NCBI GenBank assembly: GCA_902624045.1 | Contig: CACNVX010000004.1 | Coordinates: 683-64,682, forward strand | Reading direction: 5' to 3' | From: an uncultured Pelagibacteraceae bacterium | Lineage (GTDB): Bacteria > Pseudomonadota > Alphaproteobacteria > Pelagibacterales > Pelagibacteraceae | DNA length: 64,000 bases | Shown here: one piece after another, positions 28,003-38,536 of the stretch | Layout: every line of letters starts with the position of its first letter | Position numbering within the stretch: position 1 is the stretch's first letter | The notes under the pieces: model-generated | Told to the model about the DNA's origin: nothing | The model's input: only the letters and a program-made list of their open reading frames with translations | Database searches by the model: none | Translations under genes and position numbers: made by a program

Positions 28003-28941
28003 ATGTCTAATATTTTAATTATTAAACATGGTTCTTTAGGGGATATAGCTCAAGCATGTGGTGCAATTCAAGATATTTCTGAACACCACAAGGGTGATGA
28101 AATTCATTTGTTAACAACCAAACCTTATTCTGAATTGTTTAAAAAAAACCCGCATATTTCAAATGTTATTTTAGATAAAAGATTATCAAAATTAAATTTA
28201 ATTTACCTTTATTCATTGATGAAAAATATTAAAAAATTCAATTTTTCAAAGATTTATGATTTACAGAACTCTAGTAGAACAGCTTTTTATAAAAAAATAT
28301 TATTCCCAAAAGCAACAAAAGTCATATGGTCATCTACAGAAACTACTTTACCCGAAGGTACTACAAAAAAAGATTTCGATAAAGACTCAGTTTTATTAAG
28401 GTTTGATCATCAATTAAAAAGTTCTGGGATTAAAACCAATCATACCTTGAGCCCTGATTTTTCTTGGAGCACCTCAGATATATCTCAAATTAAAAAATAT
28501 TATGAATTAGATAAGTATATAGTTCTTTTTCCTTTTTGTTCACCTCATTTACCATCTAAGAAATGGCCCTATTACAATGATTTAATTTCTATGATTAGCG
28601 AAAAATCACAAATTAAATATAAAGTGGTCATTGCGCCAGGTCCAGGAGAGATTAAAGAAGCATCAAATATTAATGCACTCTGCATTTTGGATAATGATAA
28701 ATCCTTAGATATTTCACAGTTATCAGCATTAATCAAAGATAGTTCTTTTGTTATTTCAAATGATACTGGACCAGCACACATGAGTGCTCATTTGGGAGCT
28801 AAAGGTATAGCTTTATTTGGTTCACACACTACAGCAAAAAAGGTGAGTGTTGAAAGAGAAAATTTTAAAGCAATACAAGTTGACGATCTATCAAAACTTT
28901 CAATAGAAAAAGTATTTGATAGGTTGAAATCAATCCTATAA
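28003..28941 (+). CDS. Glycosyltransferase family 9 (LPS heptosyltransferase-like)
   Basis: IKHGSLGD, DLQ, KKWP, SNDTGPAH. Confidence 0.88.
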   Translation: MSNILIIKHGSLGDIAQACGAIQDISEHHKGDEIHLLTTKPYSELFKKNPHISNVILDKRLSKLNLIYLYSLMKNIKKFNFSKIYDLQNSSRTAFYKKILFPKATKVIWSSTETTLPEGTTKKDFDKDSVLLRFDHQLKSSGIKTNHTLSPDFSWSTSDISQIKKYYELDKYIVLFPFCSPHLPSKKWPYYNDLISMISEKSQIKYKVVIAPGPGEIKEASNINALCILDNDKSLDISQLSALIKDSSFVISNDTGPAHMSAHLGAKGIALFGSHTTAKKVSVERENFKAIQVDDLSKLSIEKVFDRLKSIL

Positions 28942-28966
28942 TAAAATAATCATTTATTTAAATTAT

Positions 28967-29698
28967 ATGAAATATATTGTAGTTATACCCGCAAGGTATA
29001 AATCAAAAAGATTACCAGGAAAGCCATTAGCAAAAATTGGTGGATTACCAATGATCGTTAGAACTTATAATCAATGTATCAAAGTTGTAAGTAAAAATAA
29101 AATTGTTGTAGCTACAGATAGTTTAAAAATTAAAAACGTGTGTGATGAGTATAATATAAAATCTATAATTACATCAGATAAGTGCTTAACAGGAACTGAT
29201 AGAGTTGCCGAAGTAGCAAAAAAAATAAAAAGTAGTTTCTATATAAATGTTCAAGGAGACGAACCATTTTTTAATCCAAATGATTTAAAAACGTTAATTA
29301 AAGAAGCGGAAAAGTATCCAAAAGAAGTAATTAATGGTTATACAGAAATTAAAGATAGAAAATTATTTTTTAGTTCCTCAATACCAAAGGTAGTTTTTGA
29401 TAAAAAAGGCTATCTTTTGTATATGTCAAGAGGCCCAATACCATCGAACAAAGCACTAGATTTTAAAAAAGCTTGGAGACAAGTTTGTGCTTACTCTTTT
29501 CCACGGAAGGCACTATTTGATTTTACTAAAACTAGAAATAAAACACCAATTGAGTCTTTAGAGGATATTGAAATTTTAAGATTTTTAGAGCAAGGCTATA
29601 AAGTCAAAATGATTAAATTATCAAATAAATCCTTAGCAGTAGATAATACTGAAGATTTGGAAAAAGCTAAAATTTACTTAAAATTTAAAAAACTTTAA
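28967..29698 (+). CDS. kdsB: 3-deoxy-manno-octulosonate cytidylyltransferase
   Basis: IPARYKSKRLPGKPL, TGTDR, NVQGDEP. Confidence 0.85.
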   Translation: MKYIVVIPARYKSKRLPGKPLAKIGGLPMIVRTYNQCIKVVSKNKIVVATDSLKIKNVCDEYNIKSIITSDKCLTGTDRVAEVAKKIKSSFYINVQGDEPFFNPNDLKTLIKEAEKYPKEVINGYTEIKDRKLFFSSSIPKVVFDKKGYLLYMSRGPIPSNKALDFKKAWRQVCAYSFPRKALFDFTKTRNKTPIESLEDIEILRFLEQGYKVKMIKLSNKSLAVDNTEDLEKAKIYLKFKKL

Positions 29699-30777
29699 TT
29701 TAGAATTTTTTTGTAGTCTTCAATAATTTTTGACCATTGAAATTTATTAACAAACTCTTTGGCGTTTTTTCCATAATCTAGATATTTTTTATTTTCTAAC
29801 ATCGTATTAATAGAAGAATAAATATCATCTAGGCTGTTACCATCACATATTAAGCCAGTTTTTTGATGATCAATTGCGTCTGCGGCACCGCCATCTTTTC
29901 CTCCAAGAGAAGGTATTCCATACTGAGCTGCTTCAACATATGCAATTCCAAAACCCTCAACAGATTTTTTATGAATTATGGAAGGCATTACAAAAATATC
30001 TGATTTAGCAACTAAGGCATTTTTTAAATCATTACTTATATCTTTAAAAAACATTACTTGCGCATCTAAATCTAGTTCTTTAACTAGTTTTTTTAGATTT
30101 TCCTCTTCTTTGCCATATCCGATACAAATGTAGACAATATTAGGGTAAATTTGTTTTAAATTTCTTAGTGCCATAATTATTTTTTCGTGATTTTTTCTTT
30201 TATCAAATCTTGAAACAGTAATTAATCTTGGCGTTTTAACTTTGAGTAAGCTTGCAACTTTATCTAAAGTTTTTTTATCAATTTTTTTAACCAGATCTAC
30301 ACCTGGATTAATAACAATAATTTTATTTTCGTTAACTCCAATTTCTATAGCTAATTTTTTTGTATATTCAGAATTTGCTATTACTTTTTCAACATTGTTC
30401 AATACATTTACAACCCTTTTATTTTGGCTTGATCCTTTTAGATGGTTGATTTCTTTACCATGAATTAAACAGTATTTTTTCTTAGATGTTTTGATCAGTT
30501 CTAAACTTTTCCAATGATCAGCAATTATTCCATCTATTTTGTTTTCTCTAATAAATTCATTTATTAATTGTGCCTTTCTATATTTTCTTAGTAATTTTAT
30601 TCCACCAACTCTTTCAATTGAAAATGAAGCCTGCTCATCAAATTCTTTGTGACCTTCAATATGATATGCAAAAACTTTAATCATAAAGTTTTTTGATAAT
30701 TCTTTAGAAAGACCCCACATCAAACTTTGCATACCACCTAATTCAGGAGGGAATGATCTAGTAATTATTAGATGCAT
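29695..30777 (-). CDS. Glycosyltransferase family 4
   Basis: FPPELGG, HGKE, EGFGIAYVEA. Confidence 0.9.
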   Translation of the reverse strand: MHLIITRSFPPELGGMQSLMWGLSKELSKNFMIKVFAYHIEGHKEFDEQASFSIERVGGIKLLRKYRKAQLINEFIRENKIDGIIADHWKSLELIKTSKKKYCLIHGKEINHLKGSSQNKRVVNVLNNVEKVIANSEYTKKLAIEIGVNENKIIVINPGVDLVKKIDKKTLDKVASLLKVKTPRLITVSRFDKRKNHEKIIMALRNLKQIYPNIVYICIGYGKEEENLKKLVKELDLDAQVMFFKDISNDLKNALVAKSDIFVMPSIIHKKSVEGFGIAYVEAAQYGIPSLGGKDGGAADAIDHQKTGLICDGNSLDDIYSSINTMLENKKYLDYGKNAKEFVNKFQWSKIIEDYKKILN

Positions 30778-31331
30778 TAATCATACTTCCATTTGATACC
30801 GCAACCTGCGCTTGGAATTTGATTTTTTGGACCTTTTCCTGTTTCCGCTATCTGTTTCATAGCTGTTAAAAGATCACTTTCACCATCTTTGACTGGAATG
30901 AATTTTTTAAGCTCTCTTAATCTACCTCTGTATTGAAGTTCTAAGTTTTTATTATATCCAAAGAAATCTGGAGTACACACAGCGTCATATGCTTTCGCAA
31001 TTTCTTGAGTTTCATCGTGTAAATATGGAAAATTAAAATTACGTTCTTTGGAAAATTTGATCATATTATCAAATGAGTCATCTGGATAATTAACAAAGTC
31101 GTTTGAGCATATAGCAACTGTGTTGATGCTAATTTTTTTCAATTCACTGCAATCTTCAACTAATTCATTTGTAATTGCTTTTACATACGGACAATGATTG
31201 CAAATAAACATTATTAAAGTTCCATTTTCACCTTTGACATTATTTAATGAAAGAATTTTATTTTCAGTAGATTTTAATTCAAATGGAATAGCTTTTTGAC
31301 CAAAATCACATATTGGAGTTTCTATAGGCAT
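30777..31331 (-). CDS. Thioredoxin/AhpC-TSA family protein
   Basis: FICNHCPYV, AVCTPDF, YRGR, GCGIKW. Confidence 0.88.
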   Translation of the reverse strand: MPIETPICDFGQKAIPFELKSTENKILSLNNVKGENGTLIMFICNHCPYVKAITNELVEDCSELKKISINTVAICSNDFVNYPDDSFDNMIKFSKERNFNFPYLHDETQEIAKAYDAVCTPDFFGYNKNLELQYRGRLRELKKFIPVKDGESDLLTAMKQIAETGKGPKNQIPSAGCGIKWKYD

Positions 31332-31350
31332 AATATAAAATATATAGATT

Positions 31351-31863
31351 ATGTTTTACGATTTAAAAGATAAAAAACCAAAAAACTCTGGCGAAAATTG
31401 GGTAGCTCCCAATGCAACAATAATAGGAGATGTTACTTTAGAAAAAAACACAAGTATTTGGTTTAATGCGGTTTTGAGGGGTGACATTGAAAATATTCTA
31501 ATAGGAGAGGGATCTAATGTTCAAGATGGAAGTGTTTTACACACCGATCCTGGTTGCCCTCTAAAAGTTGGAAAAAATGTTACAATTGGTCACTTAGTAA
31601 TGCTTCATGGGTGTACAATTGGAGACAACAGTCTTATTGGGATTGGTGCAGTAATTCTGAATAAAGCAAACATTGGCAAGAATTGCATCATAGGAGCAAA
31701 AGCTTTAATTACAGAAAATAAAGTCATACCTGATAATTCTTTAGTTGTTGGATCTCCAGGTAAAGTTATTAGAGAAGTTACAGATGAAGAAAAAAGAGCA
31801 GTATTTGAAAACACAAAACATTATCAAGATAATTGGAAAAAATATTCGAAATCAATTTTTTAG
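31351..31863 (+). CDS. Gamma carbonic anhydrase family protein
   Basis: VLRGD, NVQD, LH, GH, LHGC in hexapeptide repeats. Confidence 0.9.
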   Translation: MFYDLKDKKPKNSGENWVAPNATIIGDVTLEKNTSIWFNAVLRGDIENILIGEGSNVQDGSVLHTDPGCPLKVGKNVTIGHLVMLHGCTIGDNSLIGIGAVILNKANIGKNCIIGAKALITENKVIPDNSLVVGSPGKVIREVTDEEKRAVFENTKHYQDNWKKYSKSIF

Positions 31864-31882
31864 TTACATTTAATTTAAATTA

Positions 31883-32803
31883 ATGACTAGACACCCACAT
31901 CATTTTAAAATTGCATTTGCTTTAGCTTTTTCAGCTGGGTCTTGGGGAATTTATTGGTTACCACAAAGAATACTTGTTGAAGGTGGCCTTACAGGTGGAT
32001 GGGGAACTATTGCTCAAATGATAATTGGATTTTTAATATTATTACCAATAGCTATTTGGAGATTAATTAAAAAAAAAGAAACTGGTTTAGAGTTACCGGT
32101 CACTGGTTTATTAGTTGGAGGTGGTTTCATTTGTTATGCTTTAAGTTTTCTTTTAACTGATGTTGTCCGAGCATTAATATTATTTTATATGACGCCAATT
32201 TGGACAACAATATTTGAAATATTATTTTTAAAAAAAAGACCTGGTTTAGAAAGAGTACTTACTTTAGGATTAGCTCTTGGTGGTTTATGGATAGTTTTTA
32301 GTAAACAAACTATTATACCTCTTCCAGAAAATGCTGGAGATTGGTTGGCGTTAGCGGGTGGTGCAATATTTGCTGGTGGAATGATAAGACTGGAAGTCGT
32401 TAAAACTGATGGTGTGTTTCCAATTATATTTTCATTTTTTTTCTATGGAGCTTTATTTAACATAGTTACTGGATTTTTTTTAGTTGATTACCTTGGAGAA
32501 ATGCCTGCTATTGAATCTTTCATTTCAATGTCTTCTTTTTTATTTTTAATATCTGTTTTTTACTTTATTCCTACTGCAATAGTAATACTCTGGGCTCCAA
32601 GTAAATTAGGTGCGGGTTTATGTTCAATTCTTTTTCTTGCAGAAATTGTTGTTGGAGTAATAAGTTCAGGTATGCTTACAAACGAACCATTTGGTTGGAG
32701 AGAGATAGCGGGTAGCTCTTTGATAGTTTTAGGGGGAATTTTAGCAGTAGTACTCGCTCCTAAAGAAGAAAAATTGATAAATTCAAATATTACAAATGTT
32801 TAA
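31883..32803 (+). CDS. DMT/EamA family transporter
   Basis: About 10 TM helices, WGIYW, LFYMTPIW, E in penultimate helix. Confidence 0.8.
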   Translation: MTRHPHHFKIAFALAFSAGSWGIYWLPQRILVEGGLTGGWGTIAQMIIGFLILLPIAIWRLIKKKETGLELPVTGLLVGGGFICYALSFLLTDVVRALILFYMTPIWTTIFEILFLKKRPGLERVLTLGLALGGLWIVFSKQTIIPLPENAGDWLALAGGAIFAGGMIRLEVVKTDGVFPIIFSFFFYGALFNIVTGFFLVDYLGEMPAIESFISMSSFLFLISVFYFIPTAIVILWAPSKLGAGLCSILFLAEIVVGVISSGMLTNEPFGWREIAGSSLIVLGGILAVVLAPKEEKLINSNITNV

Positions 32804-32831
32804 AAAAACAATTTTTATATAGGAGAAAACA

Positions 32832-33122
32832 ATGCCAGCAGGATACGTTATAGCACAGCTAAAAATTACGAACCCCGAAAATTATAAAGAATATGTCGAA
32901 AAAGTTACTCCACTTGTAAAAAAATTTGGTGGAGAATTTTTAGTAAGAGCTGGTGAATTTCAAATTTTTGATGGAGAAACAAAATTTCCTAGAATTATTC
33001 TCCTTAAATTTCCAAGTTATGAAAGAGCTTTAGAATGGTACAATTCTGAAGAGTACAAACCAATAAAGCAAATAAGACTAGATAATTCTGAAGGTACAAA
33101 TATAGTTATTAAAGGTATATGA
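32832..33122 (+). CDS. DUF1330 family protein
   Basis: GGEFLVR, FPSYERALEWYNSEEY. Confidence 0.85.
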   Translation: MPAGYVIAQLKITNPENYKEYVEKVTPLVKKFGGEFLVRAGEFQIFDGETKFPRIILLKFPSYERALEWYNSEEYKPIKQIRLDNSEGTNIVIKGI

Positions 33123-33985
33123 AGAAAATATTTTTAATTTTTACACTTTTATTATTTTGCTTACCAACTTTTGCATCTGACGAAAAACCAGGAAGATATT
33201 TTGAAGATCAACCAGATGTTAATGATGATTTTCAAATTCATTTTATTTATTTTTTAGGAAAAAAAACAAAAGATAAAGAAAGAGATCTTAATGGTTGGAT
33301 AGAGCAAGAAGTTAAAAAAATAGATGATTTATTTTTTAAGATGACAGGCAATAAGCAGAGGTTAAAATTTGACTACAGAAAAGATGGTAAACTAGATATT
33401 TCATTTGCAAGAATGGATCGTAAAGCGAGAAAAGGTGGATGGAATGTAAACTATCCAGATTATTATTTACAAAAACAAGGGTTTAATAATCCAAAAAAAA
33501 TGTATTTTTCTTTTACGGATGCATCTAGTGGAGATGGAGGACAAATGGGACCTCATCATGGTTACTTATTTATTAAAAGAGCATCAGGTCAGATAACAAA
33601 AATTTCAATTCATGAATTACTTCATGGCTTTGGTTTTGCGATGCCATGTACCAAAGGAGTTAGGGATGGTGCTCACTTAGGTGTAGGCATACTAAGTCAT
33701 GATCTTTCACCAAAATTTGGAAAAGCAGTTTACGATCATAAAGATCCAACATGCCCTGATTTAAAAGACTCAGTTTATTTAACACCAACATCCGAAACGC
33801 CATTTGATCCGTTACAAATTGCATGCGCGCTAGGTCAAAAGAAAAGAGGACAACCACCAGGTAATTATGTAATCCCAGCTCGATATACTCATAAGAAATT
33901 ACTTAAAGGTAGAAAAAATGAGTGGTGTACTTATAAATTGACAGAATATGCAGAAGAAAAATGGTTTAAAAAATGGAAAAAATAA
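33119..33985 (+). CDS. Secreted hypothetical protein with HEXXH motif (putative zinc metallopeptidase)
   Basis: Signal peptide MKKIFLIFTLLLFCLPTFA; IHELLHGFG. Confidence 0.6.
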   Translation: MKKIFLIFTLLLFCLPTFASDEKPGRYFEDQPDVNDDFQIHFIYFLGKKTKDKERDLNGWIEQEVKKIDDLFFKMTGNKQRLKFDYRKDGKLDISFARMDRKARKGGWNVNYPDYYLQKQGFNNPKKMYFSFTDASSGDGGQMGPHHGYLFIKRASGQITKISIHELLHGFGFAMPCTKGVRDGAHLGVGILSHDLSPKFGKAVYDHKDPTCPDLKDSVYLTPTSETPFDPLQIACALGQKKRGQPPGNYVIPARYTHKKLLKGRKNEWCTYKLTEYAEEKWFKKWKK

Positions 33986-33993
33986 TTATTTAT

Positions 33994-34197
33994 TTACTCA
34001 AATAACAGACCATTGACTGAATAAACAATTAATCCAATTATAATAACAAATAGAATTAAAAAAGAAATTGTTCCACTCAAATAAGCCTTTATTCTTGTTT
34101 TTCCCTCTTTAAATTTTTTAAAATGAATACTCCCAAATCTCATTACAGCTAATCCTAAAATAATTAAAAAAGCTGTAAATATGTATCCAGTAACCAT
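33994..34197 (-). CDS. Small two-TM membrane protein (hypothetical)
   Basis: 67 aa, two hydrophobic helices, abuts the upstream gene. Confidence 0.55.
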   Translation of the reverse strand: MVTGYIFTAFLIILGLAVMRFGSIHFKKFKEGKTRIKAYLSGTISFLILFVIIIGLIVYSVNGLLFE

Positions 34198-34803
34198 TTA
34201 TGGAACCAACCAAGTATCGTTATTACTCTCCAAATTAAACTTTGCTCTTCGGTGGCCCTTAGCTGCTAAATAAAGCCATTCTATGGATTTAATTTTACAC
34301 TGAATAACAGTAAAGTTTTTATAACCTTCTTCGCTTTGTTCTTTAGTGTAATCAAAATTATCTAACTCTGGTTTTAAACCTGAAGTTGGTATATCTGACA
34401 CAGTTCCAGGTCCATTATCAACTAAATAACATTTTCTACTAATATGTTGGGTTCTAGACCAAGATTCTTTTGTTACTTCATTATTATGATTAATTATGCA
34501 TTCAACTTTTAATCTAACCTGAATTTTTTCATCTTTATCGTAAAACAACATTGCAGCGTTTTTATTTACTTTTAGCTTTTCTATTTTATCTGATCGAATG
34601 TCACTATGATATTGCACTATATTGTTTGACTGGTCTGATTTTCTTAAAACTACAATTCTTCCATCTAAGTCAGATTGATCCCCACAAATAAATACAGGTA
34701 TTCTAAAAGGTGAACTTCTATCTTCAACAGCATTATCTAACATAGACCAAATTTTCTTTTTGATCTCTGCAAAGTCCTCGTAGTAAGGAACTGTATCCGT
34801 CAC
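34198..34803 (-). CDS. Pyridoxamine 5'-phosphate oxidase family FMN-binding protein
   Basis: RIVVLR, HSDIRSDK, KIQVRL, EWLYL...HRR, WLVP. Confidence 0.8.
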   Translation of the reverse strand: MTDTVPYYEDFAEIKKKIWSMLDNAVEDRSSPFRIPVFICGDQSDLDGRIVVLRKSDQSNNIVQYHSDIRSDKIEKLKVNKNAAMLFYDKDEKIQVRLKVECIINHNNEVTKESWSRTQHISRKCYLVDNGPGTVSDIPTSGLKPELDNFDYTKEQSEEGYKNFTVIQCKIKSIEWLYLAAKGHRRAKFNLESNNDTWLVP

Positions 34804-34808
34804 AAATA

Positions 34809-35684
34809 TTACTTTTTCTTTTTTAATCTAGCAATCAAACCTGAACTATCCCAACGGTTTCCACCCATTTCTTGAACTTCAGCGTAATAACCATCAATAA
34901 TTTCTGTTATAGGAACAGGCGAGCCATTTTTCTTTGCTTCTTCAATTGCAATTTTTAAATCTTTTCTCATCCAATCAATGGCAAAACCATAATCAAATTT
35001 ATCATCTGTCATAGTTCTGTATCTATTCTCCATTTGCCAAGATTGTGCTGCACCTTTAGATATTGTATCCATAACTTTATCCATATCTAAACCTGCGTTT
35101 ATTCCAAAATTAATAGCCTCTGACAAACCTTGCACTGTTCCAGCAATACACATTTGGTTCATCATTTTCGTTAACTGGCCACTTCCACAAGGACCAATTA
35201 ATTTTACTTTTTTACTATAACAATCAATAACAGGTTCAGCTTTTTTAAATACCTCTTCATCACCCCCAACCATTACTGTAAGTATTCCGCCCTCAGCTCC
35301 AGCTTGTCCTCCAGAAATAGGAGCATCTAAAAAACTAAAACCTTTATCATTTGCTTTTTTATTTAATTCTCTCGATACTTCTGCAGAAACAGTTGAGTTA
35401 TCTATAAAAATTGACCCAGCTTTTGCTGAGTTAAACAATCCATTATCTCCAGTTGCTACTTCTCTTAAATCATCATCATTACCAACACATGTAAAAATAA
35501 AATCAGCACCATCTGCAGCTTCCGAAGGCGTATTAGCCATTTTACCTTTGTATTCACCAATCCATTTTTCAGCTTTAGATTTAGTTCTATTAAAAACAGT
35601 TACATTGTGTCCGGCTTTTGATATATAACCAGCCATTGGGTAGCCCATAACCCCAAGACCTATGAAAGCAACATTACAAGTCAT
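34809..35684 (-). CDS. NAD(P)-dependent beta-hydroxyacid dehydrogenase (3-hydroxyisobutyrate dehydrogenase family)
   Basis: FIGLGVMG, DAPISGG, GQLTK, KDL. Confidence 0.9.
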   Translation of the reverse strand: MTCNVAFIGLGVMGYPMAGYISKAGHNVTVFNRTKSKAEKWIGEYKGKMANTPSEAADGADFIFTCVGNDDDLREVATGDNGLFNSAKAGSIFIDNSTVSAEVSRELNKKANDKGFSFLDAPISGGQAGAEGGILTVMVGGDEEVFKKAEPVIDCYSKKVKLIGPCGSGQLTKMMNQMCIAGTVQGLSEAINFGINAGLDMDKVMDTISKGAAQSWQMENRYRTMTDDKFDYGFAIDWMRKDLKIAIEEAKKNGSPVPITEIIDGYYAEVQEMGGNRWDSSGLIARLKKKK

Positions 35685-35695
35685 AATTTTTTTCT

Positions 35696-36901
35696 ATGTT
35701 TAAAAGTTTAAGTTTAAAAGTAATTGTATTTGGATTTATTTTTACATTTTTTTCTAGCTTTGGACAGAGTTATTTTTTAGGTATATTCAACTCCAGTATC
35801 AGAGATACGTTATTAATTTCACATGGACAATTTGGCTCAATTTATGCATCTGCTACTTTGTTTAGTAGTGTATTATTAATTTGGGTTGGAAAAAAAATTG
35901 ATGATATAAATATTTTTAAATTTGCACTATTTGTAACTGTACTTTTATCATTTTCTTGTTTTTTCTTTTCAAAAGTTTCTTCAGTTTTATTGTTATTTGT
36001 TGGAATTTTTCTTATGAGATTTTCTGGACAGGGTATGATGTCCCATACTGCAACAACTACAATTTCAAGATATTTTACTAAAACAAGAGGTAGAGCATTA
36101 AGTATAAGTTGGTTTGGCCTTTCTTCTGCAGAATTTGTTCTACCGGTTTTAATGGTTTATCTATTAACATTAATAGACTGGCAAAATCTTTGGCTTATTT
36201 TTTCAATTACCGTTTTAGTAATTTTACCAATAGCCTCTTTTTTGTTAATTAAGAATTTAAAACTAGATTCAAGAGAAGTTAGTGATGAAAAAATTAAAGA
36301 GGTTGAAATAAAGCAATGGCAAAGGAGGGAGGTAATTAAAGATTATAGATTTTATATTATTAGTTTAAATATGCTTTCTATGCCATGGATTTTTACTGGC
36401 TTTGCTGTATTCCAATCTTTTGTTCAAACATCTAAAGGTTGGGGTACTTATGTAATTGCACAATCATTTATGTCATATTCAATTTTTTCGGTACTAACTT
36501 TATTTCTATCAGGATTCTTGATTGATAAATTTACAAGTAGAAAACTTTTAATTTTTATGAATATCCCACTTTTGTTTTCGGTAATTATTCTTATCTTTTT
36601 TGATAATCCAATTACAGCATTTATATTTTTAGGATTAGTAGGAATTTCAAATGGTTTCGCAAACATATTGGGCTCATCTACTTGGGCTGAATTATATGGT
36701 GTTAAATATATAGGCTCAATAAAAGCTTTAACTACAGCTTTAATGGTATTCGCCACTGCTTTTGGAACCGCTTTATTTGGGTTTTTGATTGATATCGGCT
36801 TTTCAATTGATGATATAGCTGCTGTTTCTGGTATTTATATATTTATCTCTTTAGTTCTTCTTTTTTTAATAAGAAAAAAATTAAATCCAACATTTATTTA
36901 G
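35696..36901 (+). CDS. MFS transporter
   Basis: About 12 TM helices, SSFGQS, RFSGQG, GFLIDKF. Confidence 0.85.
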   Translation: MFKSLSLKVIVFGFIFTFFSSFGQSYFLGIFNSSIRDTLLISHGQFGSIYASATLFSSVLLIWVGKKIDDINIFKFALFVTVLLSFSCFFFSKVSSVLLLFVGIFLMRFSGQGMMSHTATTTISRYFTKTRGRALSISWFGLSSAEFVLPVLMVYLLTLIDWQNLWLIFSITVLVILPIASFLLIKNLKLDSREVSDEKIKEVEIKQWQRREVIKDYRFYIISLNMLSMPWIFTGFAVFQSFVQTSKGWGTYVIAQSFMSYSIFSVLTLFLSGFLIDKFTSRKLLIFMNIPLLFSVIILIFFDNPITAFIFLGLVGISNGFANILGSSTWAELYGVKYIGSIKALTTALMVFATAFGTALFGFLIDIGFSIDDIAAVSGIYIFISLVLLFLIRKKLNPTFI

Positions 36902-36944
36902 AAAATACTTGATTTTTGATAGACCCAGGTATAAATAACCGGCC

Positions 36945-37481
36945 ATGGCTAGAGTTACTGTAGAAGATTGTATAGATAAAGTAGAAAGTCCTTATGAACT
37001 AGTTTTGGTTGCTAAAGAAAGAGCTACACAACTAAACGCTGGTATTGAGCCAACATTAGATAGAGATAATGATAAGAATACAGTTATTTCACTTAGAGAA
37101 ATTGCAGAAGAAAAAATCAATGTTTCAGATTTAACAGAAAGTGCAGTTTATAAACTTAGAAAGCATGTTGAGCAAGTTGATGATACTGCTGAAGATGACG
37201 AAGAAATAGGTGATGATTTCGAAAATTTATATAAAGGTGAAATTTCAAAAAGTGGAACACCTATCTTACCTTCAAAAAGAGCAAGAAAAACTCCTGAAAA
37301 AATTCAAGTAACAAAAGAAGATTTGGTAGAATTATCTGAAACAGCTATAGCAAATGTTGATAATTCAGTAGGTGAAGAAACTATGAATGAGCAAGGAGAA
37401 GTTTCATTAGATGAAGTATCAGAGTCAGAAAACCAAGAAGCAGACGTATCTTCAGATGACACTGAAGCTTCAAACACTTAA
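36945..37481 (+). CDS. rpoZ: RNA polymerase omega subunit with long acidic tail
   Basis: MARVTVEDC...YELVLVA..RA..L, DKNTVISLREI. Confidence 0.93.
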   Translation: MARVTVEDCIDKVESPYELVLVAKERATQLNAGIEPTLDRDNDKNTVISLREIAEEKINVSDLTESAVYKLRKHVEQVDDTAEDDEEIGDDFENLYKGEISKSGTPILPSKRARKTPEKIQVTKEDLVELSETAIANVDNSVGEETMNEQGEVSLDEVSESENQEADVSSDDTEASNT

Positions 37482-37503
37482 AAAAATAATATAAAGTTAT
37501 ACC

Positions 37504-38496
37504 ATGAATAGGAAAGTATCAGTTGCTCCTATGATGGATTGCACAGATCGTCACGAACGTTTTTTTCTTAGATTAATATCTAAAAATATCCTTCTTTACA
37601 CCGAGATGATAGTTGATGAGGCTATAAATAGGGGAGATAAAAAAAAGTTGTTAGAGTTTAATATTAATGAGAAACCTGTTGCACTCCAATTAGGAGGTTC
37701 TTCTCCAAAACTTTTAAGTGAAGCTACAAAAGTAGGCGAAGATTTTGGCTATGATGAAATTAATTTAAACTTAGGTTGCCCTAGTAAAAAAGTTGAAAAA
37801 AATAGATTTGGAGCTTGTTTAATGAAAGAGCCAAATTTAGTAGCTGATTGTTTAAGTAAAATGCAAGCAGTAACCAAGTTACCAGTCACTATTAAAACTA
37901 GAATTGGGTATGATGAAGTAGAAGATTATGAAAATTTATTCAATTTTATATCCACTTTAAAAGCAACTGGAATTAAAACGTTCATAATTCACGCAAGAAA
38001 AGCAATGTTAGGTAAATTTACTCCTAAGCAAAATTTAAATATTCCACCTTTAAAATATGAATATGTTTATAAATTAAAAGAAGATTTCCCTAAAGAAGAG
38101 ATTATAATAAATGGAGGAATTACTTCTGTGGAAGAAATAAAACCTCAATTAGAAAAAACTGACGGTGTAATGATTGGAAGAGCAGCATATCATACTCCTT
38201 ATTTACTAGCGGATATTGAAAGGGAAATATTTAATAATGATGACGTTCCAAGTAGACAAGATGTAATTGAACAACTTATCCCTTATGTTAAAGAAGAATT
38301 AAAAAAAGGCACAAGATTAAATCAAATCATGAGGCATACTCTTGGTTTATTCCATGGTCAAACAGGTGCAAGTTATTGGAAAAGATATTTAAGTGAAAAT
38401 ATGTGTGTAAGAGACGCTGATGTGAAAAAAATTGATCACATTATGGATAAAATTAAATACAATAATGTTGACACTATAGTAGGGCAGTCTGCTTAA
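37504..38496 (+). CDS. dusA: tRNA dihydrouridine synthase A
   Basis: VAPMMDCTDRH, QLGG, NLNLGCPS, HARKA, GVMIGR. Confidence 0.93.
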   Translation: MNRKVSVAPMMDCTDRHERFFLRLISKNILLYTEMIVDEAINRGDKKKLLEFNINEKPVALQLGGSSPKLLSEATKVGEDFGYDEINLNLGCPSKKVEKNRFGACLMKEPNLVADCLSKMQAVTKLPVTIKTRIGYDEVEDYENLFNFISTLKATGIKTFIIHARKAMLGKFTPKQNLNIPPLKYEYVYKLKEDFPKEEIIINGGITSVEEIKPQLEKTDGVMIGRAAYHTPYLLADIEREIFNNDDVPSRQDVIEQLIPYVKEELKKGTRLNQIMRHTLGLFHGQTGASYWKRYLSENMCVRDADVKKIDHIMDKIKYNNVDTIVGQSA

Positions 38497-38536
38497 TTCA
38501 ATTTTAGCAAACGAATATAGTTATATTATCTTATTA

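Noticed and set aside
28003-30777. GT9-kdsB-GT4 as a hypervariable surface-polysaccharide island
   Set aside because: Only three ordinary LPS-core-type genes, with no sugar-nucleotide pathway cluster or island boundaries
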